DNA from: Phycisphaerae bacterium
GTDB lineage: Bacteria > Planctomycetota > Phycisphaerae > UBA1845
Length of the DNA: 64,000 nt
Reading direction: 5' to 3'
Assembly (NCBI GenBank): GCA_016929015.1
Contig: JAFGJQ010000501.1
Location: 26,823 to 90,822 of the forward strand
Both the position numbers and the translations under genes were made by a program. Positions within the stretch are counted from its first letter, which is position 1. The number at the start of each line of letters is the position of its first letter. Below the pieces are notes generated by a model that was given only the letters and a program-made list of their open reading frames with translations, had not been told where the DNA came from and did not search any database. Positions 10,429 through 19,674 of this stretch are shown in pieces.

Positions 10429-10512
10429 TGCCGGAGGAGGGAATCGAACCCACACCCTGTTGCCAGGACGGGATTTTGAATCCCGCGCGTCTGCCAGTTC
10501 CGCCACTCCGGC
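10429..10512 (-). tRNA. tRNA-Leu (anticodon CAA), class II with a long variable arm
   Basis: The minus strand reads GCCGGAGTGGCGGAACTGGCAGACGCGCGGGATTCAAAATCCCGTCCTGGCAACAGGGTGTGGGTTCGATTCCCTCCTCCGGCA. The acceptor stem GCCGGAG/CTCCGGC pairs. The anticodon stem-loop is GGGAT-TTCAAAA-ATCCC. The T-arm is GTGGGTTCGATTCCC. No CCA is encoded. Confidence 0.9.
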
Positions 10513-10585
10513 TGTCCGAGAGACCGTGCAGGCGGGCCCTCGGAAGTGTGCGAGCCTCGTATTGTCGGGGCTGGCGAGGAAATCG

Positions 10586-11422
10586 TCAACGGGTCTGCCG
10601 GTCCTGCACTGCGGTAAAGATGCGCAGGCAGCGATCCAGCAGGGATTCCAGCCGGTCCAGGGGGTAGACGGTGGCCGGGTCGGACCGGGCCCGCTCCGGA
10701 TCGTCGTGGACCTCAAGAAACAGGGCGTTGGAGCCGGCCGCCACGCCGGCCAGGGCCAGGGGCTCGACAAACTCGCGCAGGCCGCCGCTCTGTGAGCCGG
10801 CGGCGCCGGGAAGCTGGCAACTGTGCGTCGCGTCCATGACCACCGGGGCGAACGCCTGCATCCGGCGGATGCCGGTGAAGTCGTTCACCAGCCGGTTGTA
10901 GCCGAAGAAGGTGCCACGCTCGGTGAGCAGCACGTTCTCGTTTCCCGTCGAGGTGATCTTGCCCACCACGTTGGCCATTTCGTCGGGAGACATGAACTGC
11001 CCCTTCTTGACGTTGACCGCCTTGCCGGCCTTCGCGACGGCCAGCAGCAGGTCCGTCTGACGGCACAGAAAGGCGGGAACCTGGAGGCAGTCCAGCACCT
11101 TCCCGGCCGGACCGGCCTGTTCCGGCGCATGCACGTCGGAAAGCACGGGGATGTCCAGCTCGCGCCGGACCTCGGCCAGAATGCGAAGCCCTTCCTCCAG
11201 ACCCGGGCCGCGAAAGCTGTTCACGCTGGTGCGGTTGGCCTTGTCGTAGCTGGCCTTGAAGATGAACGGCATCTCCAGCCGTCGGGTGATGCGAGCGATG
11301 CCGTCCGCCATCCGCAACGTGTGATCGCGGCTCTCAATGACGCACGGCCCGGCAATCAGCACCAGTGGCTGCCCGCGGCCAATCTCAATGTTCGCAACCT
11401 GGGTGACCTCGATCGTCGCCAT
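10586..11422 (-). CDS. kdsA: 3-deoxy-8-phosphooctulonate (KDO8P) synthase
   Basis: LVLIAGPCVIES, FIFKASYDKANRTS, LQVPAFLCRQTDLL, VNVKKGQFMSP and DATHSCQLPG. Confidence 0.9.
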   Translation of the reverse strand: MATIEVTQVANIEIGRGQPLVLIAGPCVIESRDHTLRMADGIARITRRLEMPFIFKASYDKANRTSVNSFRGPGLEEGLRILAEVRRELDIPVLSDVHAPEQAGPAGKVLDCLQVPAFLCRQTDLLLAVAKAGKAVNVKKGQFMSPDEMANVVGKITSTGNENVLLTERGTFFGYNRLVNDFTGIRRMQAFAPVVMDATHSCQLPGAAGSQSGGLREFVEPLALAGVAAGSNALFLEVHDDPERARSDPATVYPLDRLESLLDRCLRIFTAVQDRQTR

Positions 11423-11489
11423 AAATGGCTTTCCTCACGCCAAAACCGTTGGCACGCAAGGCAGAGGGTAAGGTGACAGCAACCGCCGG

Positions 11490-12980
11490 TCAATCGAGCG
11501 ATTGACCGCCGGATTCGCCAGACTCTCCTTCGCTGTGCTTCTCCCGCTCCAGCTCGGCGGCGGTGCGGATCTGCCCCTTGCCTGTCTTCTTCTTGCCGGC
11601 GGCCGGTTTCTTTCGCGGCGGGCGGCGGCCTTCGGCCACCTCCTCTTCGAACGTCTTCTTCCGGCGCAGAATGTGGTGGTAGTGCTGGGCGAAGCGGTGG
11701 GCCTCGTCGCGAACCTGCTGAAGCAGCCGAAGGGCCTCGTGGTTGCGAGCCAGCCGCACCGGGGCGGAACGGGCCTGAATGTAGATCTCCTCCTCCCGCT
11801 TGGCCAGCGAAATGACCATGGGTGGCCGGACGTCCATGGCGGCGAACCCCTCCAGCGCCGCGTGAAGCTGTCCCAGCCCGCCGTCGATCAGAATGACGTC
11901 CGGATAGAGCTCGTCGCCGGCGGCCGCGTGGCGGTACCGCCGCGTGACGACCTCGCGGATCATGGCGTAATCGTCCTGGCCCTGAACGTTCTGGATGCGG
12001 AAGCGGCGGTAGCCGGACTTGAACGGCTTGCCGTCGACGAAGCAGACCAGCGAGCCGACGGATTCGCCGCCCTGCAGATTCGCGATGTCGATGCCTTCGA
12101 TGGTGCGCGGCGGGTGATCGAGGTCCAGCAGCTCGCCGAGCTTCTCCAGCCCCTGCGTGGGATCGACAAAAAAAACCTCCGGCTGCACGTTCTCGTCCGG
12201 CGTGCCGGACAGGGAAAGCGACTGAATGGCCCGGATGCGGTCCCGCAGGGCGGCGGCGTCCTCAAATCGCAACTCCTTCGCCGCGTCGTCCATCTCCTTC
12301 TGCATCTGCCGCAACACAACGGATCGCTTGGACGCCATGAACCGCTTCAGCCGGTCGATGTCCAGCCGGTAGTCTTCGCGGCTGATTCGGTCGCCGCACG
12401 GGCCCGTGCACCGGTGGATCGAGTACAGCAGACACGGGCGGAAGAACCGTCGGGATTCGTCGTCCGTTCGAATGTCCAGTTCACACGTGCGGAAGCGGAA
12501 GACTTTTTGCAGGGCGTTCAGCGCCGCCCGGATGCTGAACGCGCTGGCGAACGGGCCGTAGAGCTTGCTGCCTTTCAATCGCGGCTGGCGCGTCACGTAT
12601 ACGGCGGGAAAGTCGTCGCCGGTGGTGATCTCCAGGTACGGAAACGTCTTGTCGTCGCGAAGCTGGGCGTTGAACGGCGGCTGGATGTCCTTGATCAGCC
12701 GGGCCTCGTGAAGCAGCGCGTCCACCTCCGTGTCCGCGTCCAGAAAGTCGATGTCGTCCACCAGGCCGACCATGCGGGCGATTTCCGGCCCGCGCGTGTT
12801 CAGCAGGTCGGCCGACTCCTGGAAGTAGCTGCTCACCCGCGACCGGAGGTCCTTGGCCTTGCCGATGTACAAAACCTTCCCCGTTCGGTCCTTCATCAGG
12901 TACACGCCGGGGGTCTTGGGGAACCTCGCGATGTGATCGCGAAGCCGCTGGATGCGCTCGTCGTCGCTGCCCACGCACAC
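11490..12980 (-). CDS. uvrC: Excinuclease ABC subunit C (short form lacking a recognisable C-terminal HhH2)
   Basis: GIY-YIG motif (GVYLMKDRTGKVLYIGKAKDLRSRVSSYF), UVR motif (ELRFEDAAALRDRIRAIQ) and a C-terminal endonuclease region (IEGIDIANLQG...LISLAKREEEIY...RDEAHRFA). The protein ends in a Lys/Arg/Glu-rich tail. Confidence 0.9.
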   Translation of the reverse strand: MCVGSDDERIQRLRDHIARFPKTPGVYLMKDRTGKVLYIGKAKDLRSRVSSYFQESADLLNTRGPEIARMVGLVDDIDFLDADTEVDALLHEARLIKDIQPPFNAQLRDDKTFPYLEITTGDDFPAVYVTRQPRLKGSKLYGPFASAFSIRAALNALQKVFRFRTCELDIRTDDESRRFFRPCLLYSIHRCTGPCGDRISREDYRLDIDRLKRFMASKRSVVLRQMQKEMDDAAKELRFEDAAALRDRIRAIQSLSLSGTPDENVQPEVFFVDPTQGLEKLGELLDLDHPPRTIEGIDIANLQGGESVGSLVCFVDGKPFKSGYRRFRIQNVQGQDDYAMIREVVTRRYRHAAAGDELYPDVILIDGGLGQLHAALEGFAAMDVRPPMVISLAKREEEIYIQARSAPVRLARNHEALRLLQQVRDEAHRFAQHYHHILRRKKTFEEEVAEGRRPPRKKPAAGKKKTGKGQIRTAAELEREKHSEGESGESGGQSLD

Positions 12981-13026
12981 ATTGTAGACCCGCCGGGCCG
13001 CGCCGGGAAACGGCGGTGGAATCCGC

Positions 13027-14370
13027 TCAGTGGACGGCGCCCTCGCCTGCGTCGTCCGTCAGGCCCGGGGCATCGGCCTCATCCGCAGGCAGGTCCTCGA
13101 CGGTGCGGAGCTTCCGTTCGATCGTTCGTGACTTCCTCGCGGCCGCGTCGATTTTGCCGGAGGCTTCTTCCAGCTTCTTCCGGACGGCCTCCAACGCCTC
13201 GCCGAACCGCCCGAACTCCCGCTTCACGACGGCCAGCAGGTTCCAGACCTCGCTGGAACGCTTCTGAATGGCCAGCGTCTTGAAGCCCATCTGGAGGGCG
13301 TTGAGCAGGGCGGCCAGTGTGGTAGGACCGGCCACGACGATGCGATAGTCGTGCTGAAGGGTCTCGGCCAGCCCCGGCCGGCGCAGCACCTCGGCATAGA
13401 GCCCCTCCGTAGGCAGGAACATCATGCCGAAATCCGTGGTGGCGGGCGGGCTGACGTACTTGTCGCGTATGTTCTTCGCGTCGTTGCGGATCTGCTGTTC
13501 GAGTTGCCGGATCGCCTGATCCGCCGCGGCCGCGTCGCCCGCTTCCTGTGCCTCCAGCAGCCGCTGGTAGTCGGCCTGCGGGAACTTGGCGTCGATGGGC
13601 AGCCAGACAACGTCCTGCCCTTCGTCCCGCCCGGGCAGGCGGATCGCAAACTCCACCCGTTCGCTGCTGCCCTCTTTTGTGGCCACGTTGCGGTCAAACT
13701 GTTCCGGCGTCAGCACCTGCGCCAGCAGCGATTCAAGCTGCACCTCGCCCCATGTGCCGCGGGTCTTGACGTTGGTCAGCACCTTCTTGAGGTCGCCCAC
13801 GCCGACGGCCAGCGTCTGCATCTCGCCGAGCCCCTTGTGGACCTGCTCGAGCCGCTCGCTGACCAGCCGGAACGACTCGCCCAGGCGTTTCTCCAGCGTG
13901 CCCTGGAGCTTCTCATCCACGGTCTGCCGCATCTGGTCGAGACGCTTGGCGTTGTCTTCCTGAATCGCCTTGAGCCGGGCGTCGACCGCGTTCCGCAGGC
14001 TCTCGAGCTGTTTCTCGTTGGTTTCGGTCAGCTTGCCCAGGCGCTGGGCAAATGAATCCAACTGGCCCTTCTGCAGCTCACCGATCGCCACCATCTGCTG
14101 GCGGACCGTGTCGTTGGCGGTTTTCTGCGAGCCGGCCAGTTCTTCCCGTAACTGCCGGTCGAGGCCGGCGGCCTCCTCGCGGGTCCGGGCCGCCTCCTCG
14201 CGGAATACCCTCTCCAGCCGTTCCTGGGCCCGCTCAGCCGATTCCAGGAACGGGCGCAGGGCTGTGGCGGCGTCTGCCGAGTCCCGCCGGGACCGGAGCC
14301 ACAGCAGCACCAGCCCGACCAGGTTCAGGCCCGCCAGGACCAGGAGAATCCAGAGCATCGCATCCGACAC
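13027..14370 (-). CDS. rmuC: DNA recombination protein RmuC
   Basis: An N-terminal TM helix is followed by a long coiled coil and then a nuclease-like core (VEFAIRLPG....VWLPIDAKFPQADYQRL; GMMFLPTEGLYAE), as is typical of the RmuC family. Confidence 0.85.
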   Translation of the reverse strand: MSDAMLWILLVLAGLNLVGLVLLWLRSRRDSADAATALRPFLESAERAQERLERVFREEAARTREEAAGLDRQLREELAGSQKTANDTVRQQMVAIGELQKGQLDSFAQRLGKLTETNEKQLESLRNAVDARLKAIQEDNAKRLDQMRQTVDEKLQGTLEKRLGESFRLVSERLEQVHKGLGEMQTLAVGVGDLKKVLTNVKTRGTWGEVQLESLLAQVLTPEQFDRNVATKEGSSERVEFAIRLPGRDEGQDVVWLPIDAKFPQADYQRLLEAQEAGDAAAADQAIRQLEQQIRNDAKNIRDKYVSPPATTDFGMMFLPTEGLYAEVLRRPGLAETLQHDYRIVVAGPTTLAALLNALQMGFKTLAIQKRSSEVWNLLAVVKREFGRFGEALEAVRKKLEEASGKIDAAARKSRTIERKLRTVEDLPADEADAPGLTDDAGEGAVH

Positions 14371-14540
14371 GACGTACGTTCCTGCTACATATCCCGATGG
14401 CCGGTGATGAACCCACCGCCGCCGGCAAAACCTCGGCCCGCGCCAGATTCGCTCCGATGCCGGGGCGCGTCAAGCATCGGCGTGTTTGGAAATGCGGGCC
14501 GCGGCACGCCATAATAGGCGGGCAGAGACACACAGTTGGA

Positions 14541-15428
14541 ATGTGCCACGGGAGATACATCATCGATACGACCAAACGGTATGAGCAGCGTGTGTTTGCC
14601 GACCATCCGCGGGAGTGGGGGGGGAACCGGTACGTCTACCCGGTCATCTCCCGCCGCAGCGGCGGCCTGAGCATCGGCGTGAACCTGAACCCGGACGCGG
14701 TGTGCAACTTTGCCTGCGTCTATTGCCAGGTGGACCGGTCGCAGCCGCCGCGCGTGCGGGACGTCGATACGGGCGTGCTGGAGCGGGAGCTGGACCAGAT
14801 GCTCGGCTGGGCGGTGGACGGCTCGATCTTCACGCACCCGCACTTTGCCGGCGTGCCGGAGACGCTGCATCGAATCAACGACATCGCGTTTTCCGGAGAC
14901 GGAGAGCCGACCACGTGTCCCGTGTTCCCGGAAAGTGTCAACGTGGCGGCGCGGCTCAAAGCGAAATGGGGCCTGCCCCAGGTGAAGCTCGTGCTGATCA
15001 CGAATGCCTGCTACCTCACCCGGCCGGCCGTGGCGGCGGCGCTGGACGTTCTGATGGCCAACAACGGGGAAATCTGGGCGAAGCTCGACGCGGGCACGGA
15101 TGACCGCCTGCGGAAAGTGAACCGCTCATCGTTTCCGCTGAAACACATTGTGGACGGAATTGCCGCGACGGCCGCGCGGTATCCGATCGTCGTTCAGTCG
15201 CTGTGGATGCGGCTGCACGACGCACCGCCGGACGCGTCGGAAGTGGAGGCATTCATCGACCGGCTGAACGAAATCCGCGACCGAGGGGGAACCGTCTCCC
15301 TCGTGCAGCTCTACGGTGTCGCCCGCCGACCGAGCGAACCGTTCGTCACCCCGCTTTCCAGCCAGGAACTGGGTGACATCGCTGCCCTCGTTCGCGACCG
15401 TACCGGCCTGAACGTCGTCACGTATTGA
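14541..15428 (+). CDS. Radical SAM protein (function unassigned)
   Basis: CxxxCxxC cluster motif CNFACVYCQV and FSGDGEPT (SAM-binding GGE-like). The start was moved to ATG 14541, because the 163-aa upstream extension of ORF 14052 is Pro/Arg/Gly-rich and antisense to rmuC. Confidence 0.8.
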   Translation: MCHGRYIIDTTKRYEQRVFADHPREWGGNRYVYPVISRRSGGLSIGVNLNPDAVCNFACVYCQVDRSQPPRVRDVDTGVLERELDQMLGWAVDGSIFTHPHFAGVPETLHRINDIAFSGDGEPTTCPVFPESVNVAARLKAKWGLPQVKLVLITNACYLTRPAVAAALDVLMANNGEIWAKLDAGTDDRLRKVNRSSFPLKHIVDGIAATAARYPIVVQSLWMRLHDAPPDASEVEAFIDRLNEIRDRGGTVSLVQLYGVARRPSEPFVTPLSSQELGDIAALVRDRTGLNVVTY

Positions 15429-15914
15429 CGTGCCGCGGCGTTCGTCCGGACCGTTCCCACGCTGGGGGGTTACGGACGGTGGATGATGATGTCGTCCATC
15501 TGCGTGATGACTTCGATCATGACACCCACCCCCTTCAAGCCGGGATCTGGTCGATGAAACAGAGCATCCACGAAACGAGATCCACCAGCCTCAGAACAAA
15601 CTCGGTGCTGCCTGCGAGCATTGGCGTTCCTCCTGAAGAACCCTCGAGACACCTCGTTTGATTCACCGCGTTACGAGCTGGCCTCGTTTCCTCCCCGGGG
15701 GCATTCCCCCGCTCCTGTGAAATTCAAGGGCCAAATGCCCTATCCTTCTCAAATGCCATACCTTACCACTGTCATAAACATCGGTGGAATGGTGGATAAC
15801 CTTTAACGGTTTCCGGGGATGGGGAAGGGAGTTACGGTGGCACTGAAAATCGAATGGGTGTTACCAGACGGGGGAACGGCATGGATGCGGGCTTCAGGGC
15901 GAGCCGTGCAGTGT

Positions 15915-15941
15915 CGAAACGGGCAATCCCGTCCCGTTTCG
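15915..15941. terminator. Perfect 9-bp-stem hairpin downstream of the cyclodeaminase gene (terminator candidate, no U-tract)
   Basis: cgaaacggg (15915-15923) pairs with cccgtttcg (15933-15941) across a 9-nt loop. The hairpin lies in the space between convergent genes, 27 nt past the minus-strand stop at 15968. Confidence 0.35.
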
Positions 15942-15967
15942 GTGCGGAAACGCTGTGCAGAGCCATT

Positions 15968-16624
15968 TCACCCCGCGGCCGTGCGGGGCGTGGGGCGAAT
16001 CGCCTCGGGCAGACCGGACTCGATCGCCGAGGTGGTGGCCGCGGCGCGACGGAGCACGTCCGCGACCTGCTCCAGAATTTCCCGGCGTTGCGCCGCGTTT
16101 TCCAGCAGCGGAGCATTCACGCGAACGCTGTAGGCTGCCGCACGGACGCAGGCGTCCGCCAAAACGGCGGCCACGCCGAGATCGCTGAGCAGGTGCGGGT
16201 TCGCGCGGGCCAGCAACTGCTGCATCACGGTGAGCGCGCTGCCGGCGACGGCGGCGGTTTCCAGCGGTACGGCCAAGGCCACGCCGACGGCCTGTTCGCG
16301 AGCCGAGGGTTCATCGTGACCCTGACGTTTGGCTCGTTGCGCGGCGGACAGGGCTTCGTAGGCTGCGGCGTCCTCGTCCATCAATCGCCGCAACATGCCG
16401 TCCGCCTGGGCAAGCTGGTCGCACAGCGATTGAAGCGTCTCACTGTGTTCGCCGTCGGGCTTCCTGCCGACGGAGTACGCTCCCACCATGCGGGCCAAGG
16501 CGGCGGCCAAGGCACCGGCCAGAGCGGCCGCGCTGCCGCCGCCGGGCGTGGGCGTTCGGTCCGCCAGTCCGTCGAGGAACGCGGTGAGGTTCAGGGCAGA
16601 CGGCGGCTCGCGGTGTGCGGTCAC
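15968..16624 (-). CDS. Cyclodeaminase/cyclohydrolase family protein (FtcD C-terminal domain-like)
   Basis: FLDGLADRTPTPGGGSAAALAGALAAALARMV is the characteristic N-terminal motif of formiminotetrahydrofolate cyclodeaminase-like proteins. There is a 4-nt overlap with the upstream response regulator gene. Confidence 0.75.
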   Translation of the reverse strand: MTAHREPPSALNLTAFLDGLADRTPTPGGGSAAALAGALAAALARMVGAYSVGRKPDGEHSETLQSLCDQLAQADGMLRRLMDEDAAAYEALSAAQRAKRQGHDEPSAREQAVGVALAVPLETAAVAGSALTVMQQLLARANPHLLSDLGVAAVLADACVRAAAYSVRVNAPLLENAAQRREILEQVADVLRRAAATTSAIESGLPEAIRPTPRTAAG

Positions 16625-17085
16625 GGTTGTTGCCTCCGGTCGGTCGGGCGTTTGTCATCGGGCGGTGAGGGCCGCAGTTGTTGGCGCAAACGGCGAAGCT
16701 CCAGGAGCGATTGGATTCGCATCCGCAGTTCCACGCGATTGACCGGCTTTCGCAGGTAGTCATCTGCGCCGGCCTCGTAGGCCCGCTCGTAGTCGGTGTC
16801 TGTATTCAAAGCCGTCACCACAATGATGGGGATGTCGCGGGTCTGCGGGTCTTCCTTGAGAATGCGGCAGGCCTCAAAGCCGGACATTCGCGGCATCATG
16901 ATGTCCAGCAGGATGAGATCGGGGTGCGAGTCCCGCACGCGGGCAAGGGCCTGCTCGCCGTTGCGGGCGGTGAGGGTGGACACGTCCGGCATGTCCGCGA
17001 GGAACGCCTCCAGGAGCTCGGCGACCTGCGGGTGGTCCTCCACGATCAGCACGCGGGCGATCGGATGGGGCGGCGGCGTGTTCAT
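16621..17085 (-). CDS. Single-domain response regulator (CheY-like receiver)
   Basis: VLIVEDHPQV, DLILLDIMMPRMSGFE, IPIIVVTA and DDYLRKP. No output domain is present. Confidence 0.85.
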   Translation of the reverse strand: MNTPPPHPIARVLIVEDHPQVAELLEAFLADMPDVSTLTARNGEQALARVRDSHPDLILLDIMMPRMSGFEACRILKEDPQTRDIPIIVVTALNTDTDYERAYEAGADDYLRKPVNRVELRMRIQSLLELRRLRQQLRPSPPDDKRPTDRRQQP

Positions 17086-17324
17086 CTTCGTTCCCCGGGC
17101 GTTCGGCTCGTCCGTTTCCCGCCGGCACCGTGCAGGCTCGCAGCGCCAGGCCGGTCAAACCCGTTCGGTGCCGAGGGCCGGATGCCCGGCCCGCCGCGAA
17201 ACGCTTCGCATCCCCCCTGCGTGCCGTCCCGCACGCGGGCGGCGTCATCCGGCGGGCGGGCGTGCCGAGGCGCCCGACCCGCCGGAATCGCCGATTGTTC
17301 CGCTGATTCCCGTCGGCAGCCGCC

Positions 17325-17780
17325 TCACGGCATCATCAGGAACATGAAGAAGCAGGAGAACAGACCCACGGTTTCGGCGATGCCCATGGCGATGATGGAG
17401 AAGACGAACGGCTTGCCTTCACCGTCGCTCATGGCTCGGATGCCGGCCGCGCCGATGGCCCCCTGCATCCAGGCGCTGAACAGTTCGCCCAGCCCGCAGG
17501 CCAGACCGATGCTGCACAGGGCGCCCGCATTCTCCGCCAGAAAACCGGCCTCGTAGACCTTTCCTTTGAGCAGCGCCAGCATGAGCACGAAGCCGTAGAT
17601 GGTCTGGCTCAGCGGCATGCCGGTCAGCGCAATATAGAGAAAGTTCAGCCGCTTGCCTTCACGGGCTTCCTTTGCCCAGGCACCGGCAGCCGCCTGGCCG
17701 GCGGCGCCAATGCCCAACGCGCTGCCCACGGCTCCGAGTCCCAGCGGCAACGCAAATCCCAACTGACCAAGCCATTCCAT
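17325..17780 (-). CDS. atpK: V-type ATPase subunit K (proteolipid, 4 TM)
   Basis: Gly/Ala-rich TM hairpins. PLSQTIYGF, SAWMQGAIGAAG and IAETVGLF align with the E. hirae NtpK segments PGTQGLYGF, IAQGKVAAAG and MVETYAILGF. The start was set at ATG 17780 (MEWLGQ...). Confidence 0.85.
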   Translation of the reverse strand: MEWLGQLGFALPLGLGAVGSALGIGAAGQAAAGAWAKEAREGKRLNFLYIALTGMPLSQTIYGFVLMLALLKGKVYEAGFLAENAGALCSIGLACGLGELFSAWMQGAIGAAGIRAMSDGEGKPFVFSIIAMGIAETVGLFSCFFMFLMMP

Positions 17781-17799
17781 ACCTGCGTCTCCTTCGATG

Positions 17800-19674
17800 C
17801 TATTGCCCGCTTTGGACCCTTTGGGCAAACGGGGTAAACGGATATCCGGCCCACTGGACGCCGGCGTTGCTGGAGAACTCCAGCATGTTCAACCGCACGC
17901 CGTGGGCGAAAATGGCAATGACGCCCAGCACAATGTTCAGGGAGTGCGCCAGCACCACAATCAGCACGCCGGCCGGCAGCAACCAGACCGACGGTGAGGC
18001 CACCTGGTAGGCCAGGCCGTTGAAGGCGCTGGCGATGTAGTAGCTGGCCAGCCCCACCGCCATCAGGCGGATGTAGCTGACCGTGTCCGAGAACGTGCTG
18101 ATCATCGGCAGGATGTTCGCCACCAGGCCCAGCCCCACGCGCTTGGCCGGGTTCGGGCTGGGGTACGTGAACAGGACGACCAGCACGGCGCCCACCGCGA
18201 GCAGGCCGATGGTCAGCGGGACCGGAATCCAGACCTGATCCGGGAAGAACAGCATCCAGATCACGCCGAACATGCCCACCAGAAAGCCGCTCCAGCCGAT
18301 CTGGGCCAGGAACCGCCGGTCCGGGGCCATTCCGATTGCCTGTCGGACGTGCGCCAGCACCAGGTGCGCCCCGCCGATCAGGAAGCTGACCTGGATGATC
18401 AGGTTCCGTGCGATCTCGTCGTCGGGGTTCCACAGCAGGCCGAACGCCAGCATCATCCGCCCCAAAGCGGCCCACAGGCCGGTCGCTTCGCGCAGGGCGG
18501 ACACGTCTTCAACCCCCGCCGCAAAGGCGAACTGTTTGGGGGTGATGCCGAAGCAGTTGGCGGTCAGCAGCCCCCAGACCAGCGTTGCGCCGCCGAATAC
18601 CAGGATCAGGTTGGCCGCATCGCGACTCACGCGGTCGGTGATGCGGCGATAGCCCAGCAGTCCGATCAACACGAAAACCAGACCGTAGCCGGCGTCGCCG
18701 AGAAGCATGGCCCCGAACAACGGCAGGGCGACCATGAAGAAAACCGACAGGTCGTACTCCCGGTATCCCGGGACCGTGCCCAGAATGGCGAACATGGCCC
18801 GTATGGGCTGGGCCCACTTGGGGTACCGGATCAGCGTAGGCGGAGTCTCGTCCGGGTCGGGCTCGACGGTCTTCATGGCCGCCACCAGGCCCATGCGGGC
18901 GAGATCCTGCTTGAGCGACGCAGCCGCGTCGGCCGGCATCCAGCCCTGCAGGGCAAACAGGTGTTCGTCGTCCATCGCCCCTCGCACGGCCCGCGTGTAG
19001 TCCGCCCGCTCCTGCAAGTCGGCCAGGTGTTCCTCGACTAGGGGACGCAGGTTCGCCAACTGCCCGAGGCGCTGGGCGTCATGCTCCATGGCCTCCTGGA
19101 CCTCAGCGGCTTCCGCGCGGATGGACGGCGCGTCGCGCGTCGGCAGGGGAACGTGTTGGGCCCGTTTCGGTGCCAGCACCTCGCGACGCTGATCAATGGC
19201 CGCCACCAGCACCTTCTCTCCCGGAAGCTTGCTGACCGGCTGCACGCACGCGGCGTGGACTTCGTCAACCAGCTCTTCCGGCACGATGAAGAAGTGGATC
19301 TTCAGACCCGCCTGCTGTAGCGCCTCAAGCTGCTCGACCCGCACGTCACCCCACAGCGCGACGGAATCCAGTTGGCGTTCCAGTACGGCCAGGCGGCTCA
19401 GGCGTTCCGCCGTCCGCCGGTGGATATCCAGCACCTCGCGAACGACCTCTGCGGGGTCCGTCTCCGGGGTCGACCCGGACGGCGTGACGCCTTCCAGAAT
19501 CTGGATCACGCGTTCCACGTCGTGGATGCTGCCGGCCGTCTTCTCGTCCAGCGCCGCGCGGGTCGGGTCCAGCGGCGTCAGATGAACGACGCCCAGTTCG
19601 CGCAGGGCCTGCAGCATTCGTTCGCGGTCGCTCTGCCGGGCCGCAAGAAACAGCTTGGCCATCGGTACGATCAT
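17800..19674 (-). CDS. atpI: V-type ATPase subunit I (a-type stator/channel)
   Basis: The N-terminal cytoplasmic domain is about 300 aa (MIVPMAKLFL...), followed by multiple TM helices ending in ...SYIRLMAVGLASYY.., which carries the conserved Arg. There is a 4-nt overlap with atpD. Confidence 0.85.
   Translation of the reverse strand: MIVPMAKLFLAARQSDRERMLQALRELGVVHLTPLDPTRAALDEKTAGSIHDVERVIQILEGVTPSGSTPETDPAEVVREVLDIHRRTAERLSRLAVLERQLDSVALWGDVRVEQLEALQQAGLKIHFFIVPEELVDEVHAACVQPVSKLPGEKVLVAAIDQRREVLAPKRAQHVPLPTRDAPSIRAEAAEVQEAMEHDAQRLGQLANLRPLVEEHLADLQERADYTRAVRGAMDDEHLFALQGWMPADAAASLKQDLARMGLVAAMKTVEPDPDETPPTLIRYPKWAQPIRAMFAILGTVPGYREYDLSVFFMVALPLFGAMLLGDAGYGLVFVLIGLLGYRRITDRVSRDAANLILVFGGATLVWGLLTANCFGITPKQFAFAAGVEDVSALREATGLWAALGRMMLAFGLLWNPDDEIARNLIIQVSFLIGGAHLVLAHVRQAIGMAPDRRFLAQIGWSGFLVGMFGVIWMLFFPDQVWIPVPLTIGLLAVGAVLVVLFTYPSPNPAKRVGLGLVANILPMISTFSDTVSYIRLMAVGLASYYIASAFNGLAYQVASPSVWLLPAGVLIVVLAHSLNIVLGVIAIFAHGVRLNMLEFSSNAGVQWAGYPFTPFAQRVQSGQ

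Noticed and set aside
14052-14540. N-terminal extensions given by the ORF track (radical SAM ORF; likewise 29508-29822, 30822-31250, 35275-35610, 39856-40437, 40453-40911, 47378-47491, 51048-51458, 53246-53443 and 57155-57268)
   Set aside because: The extensions are Arg/Pro/Gly-rich and overlap neighbouring genes or terminators. Internal starts give proper signal peptides, SD sites or stop/start overlaps.
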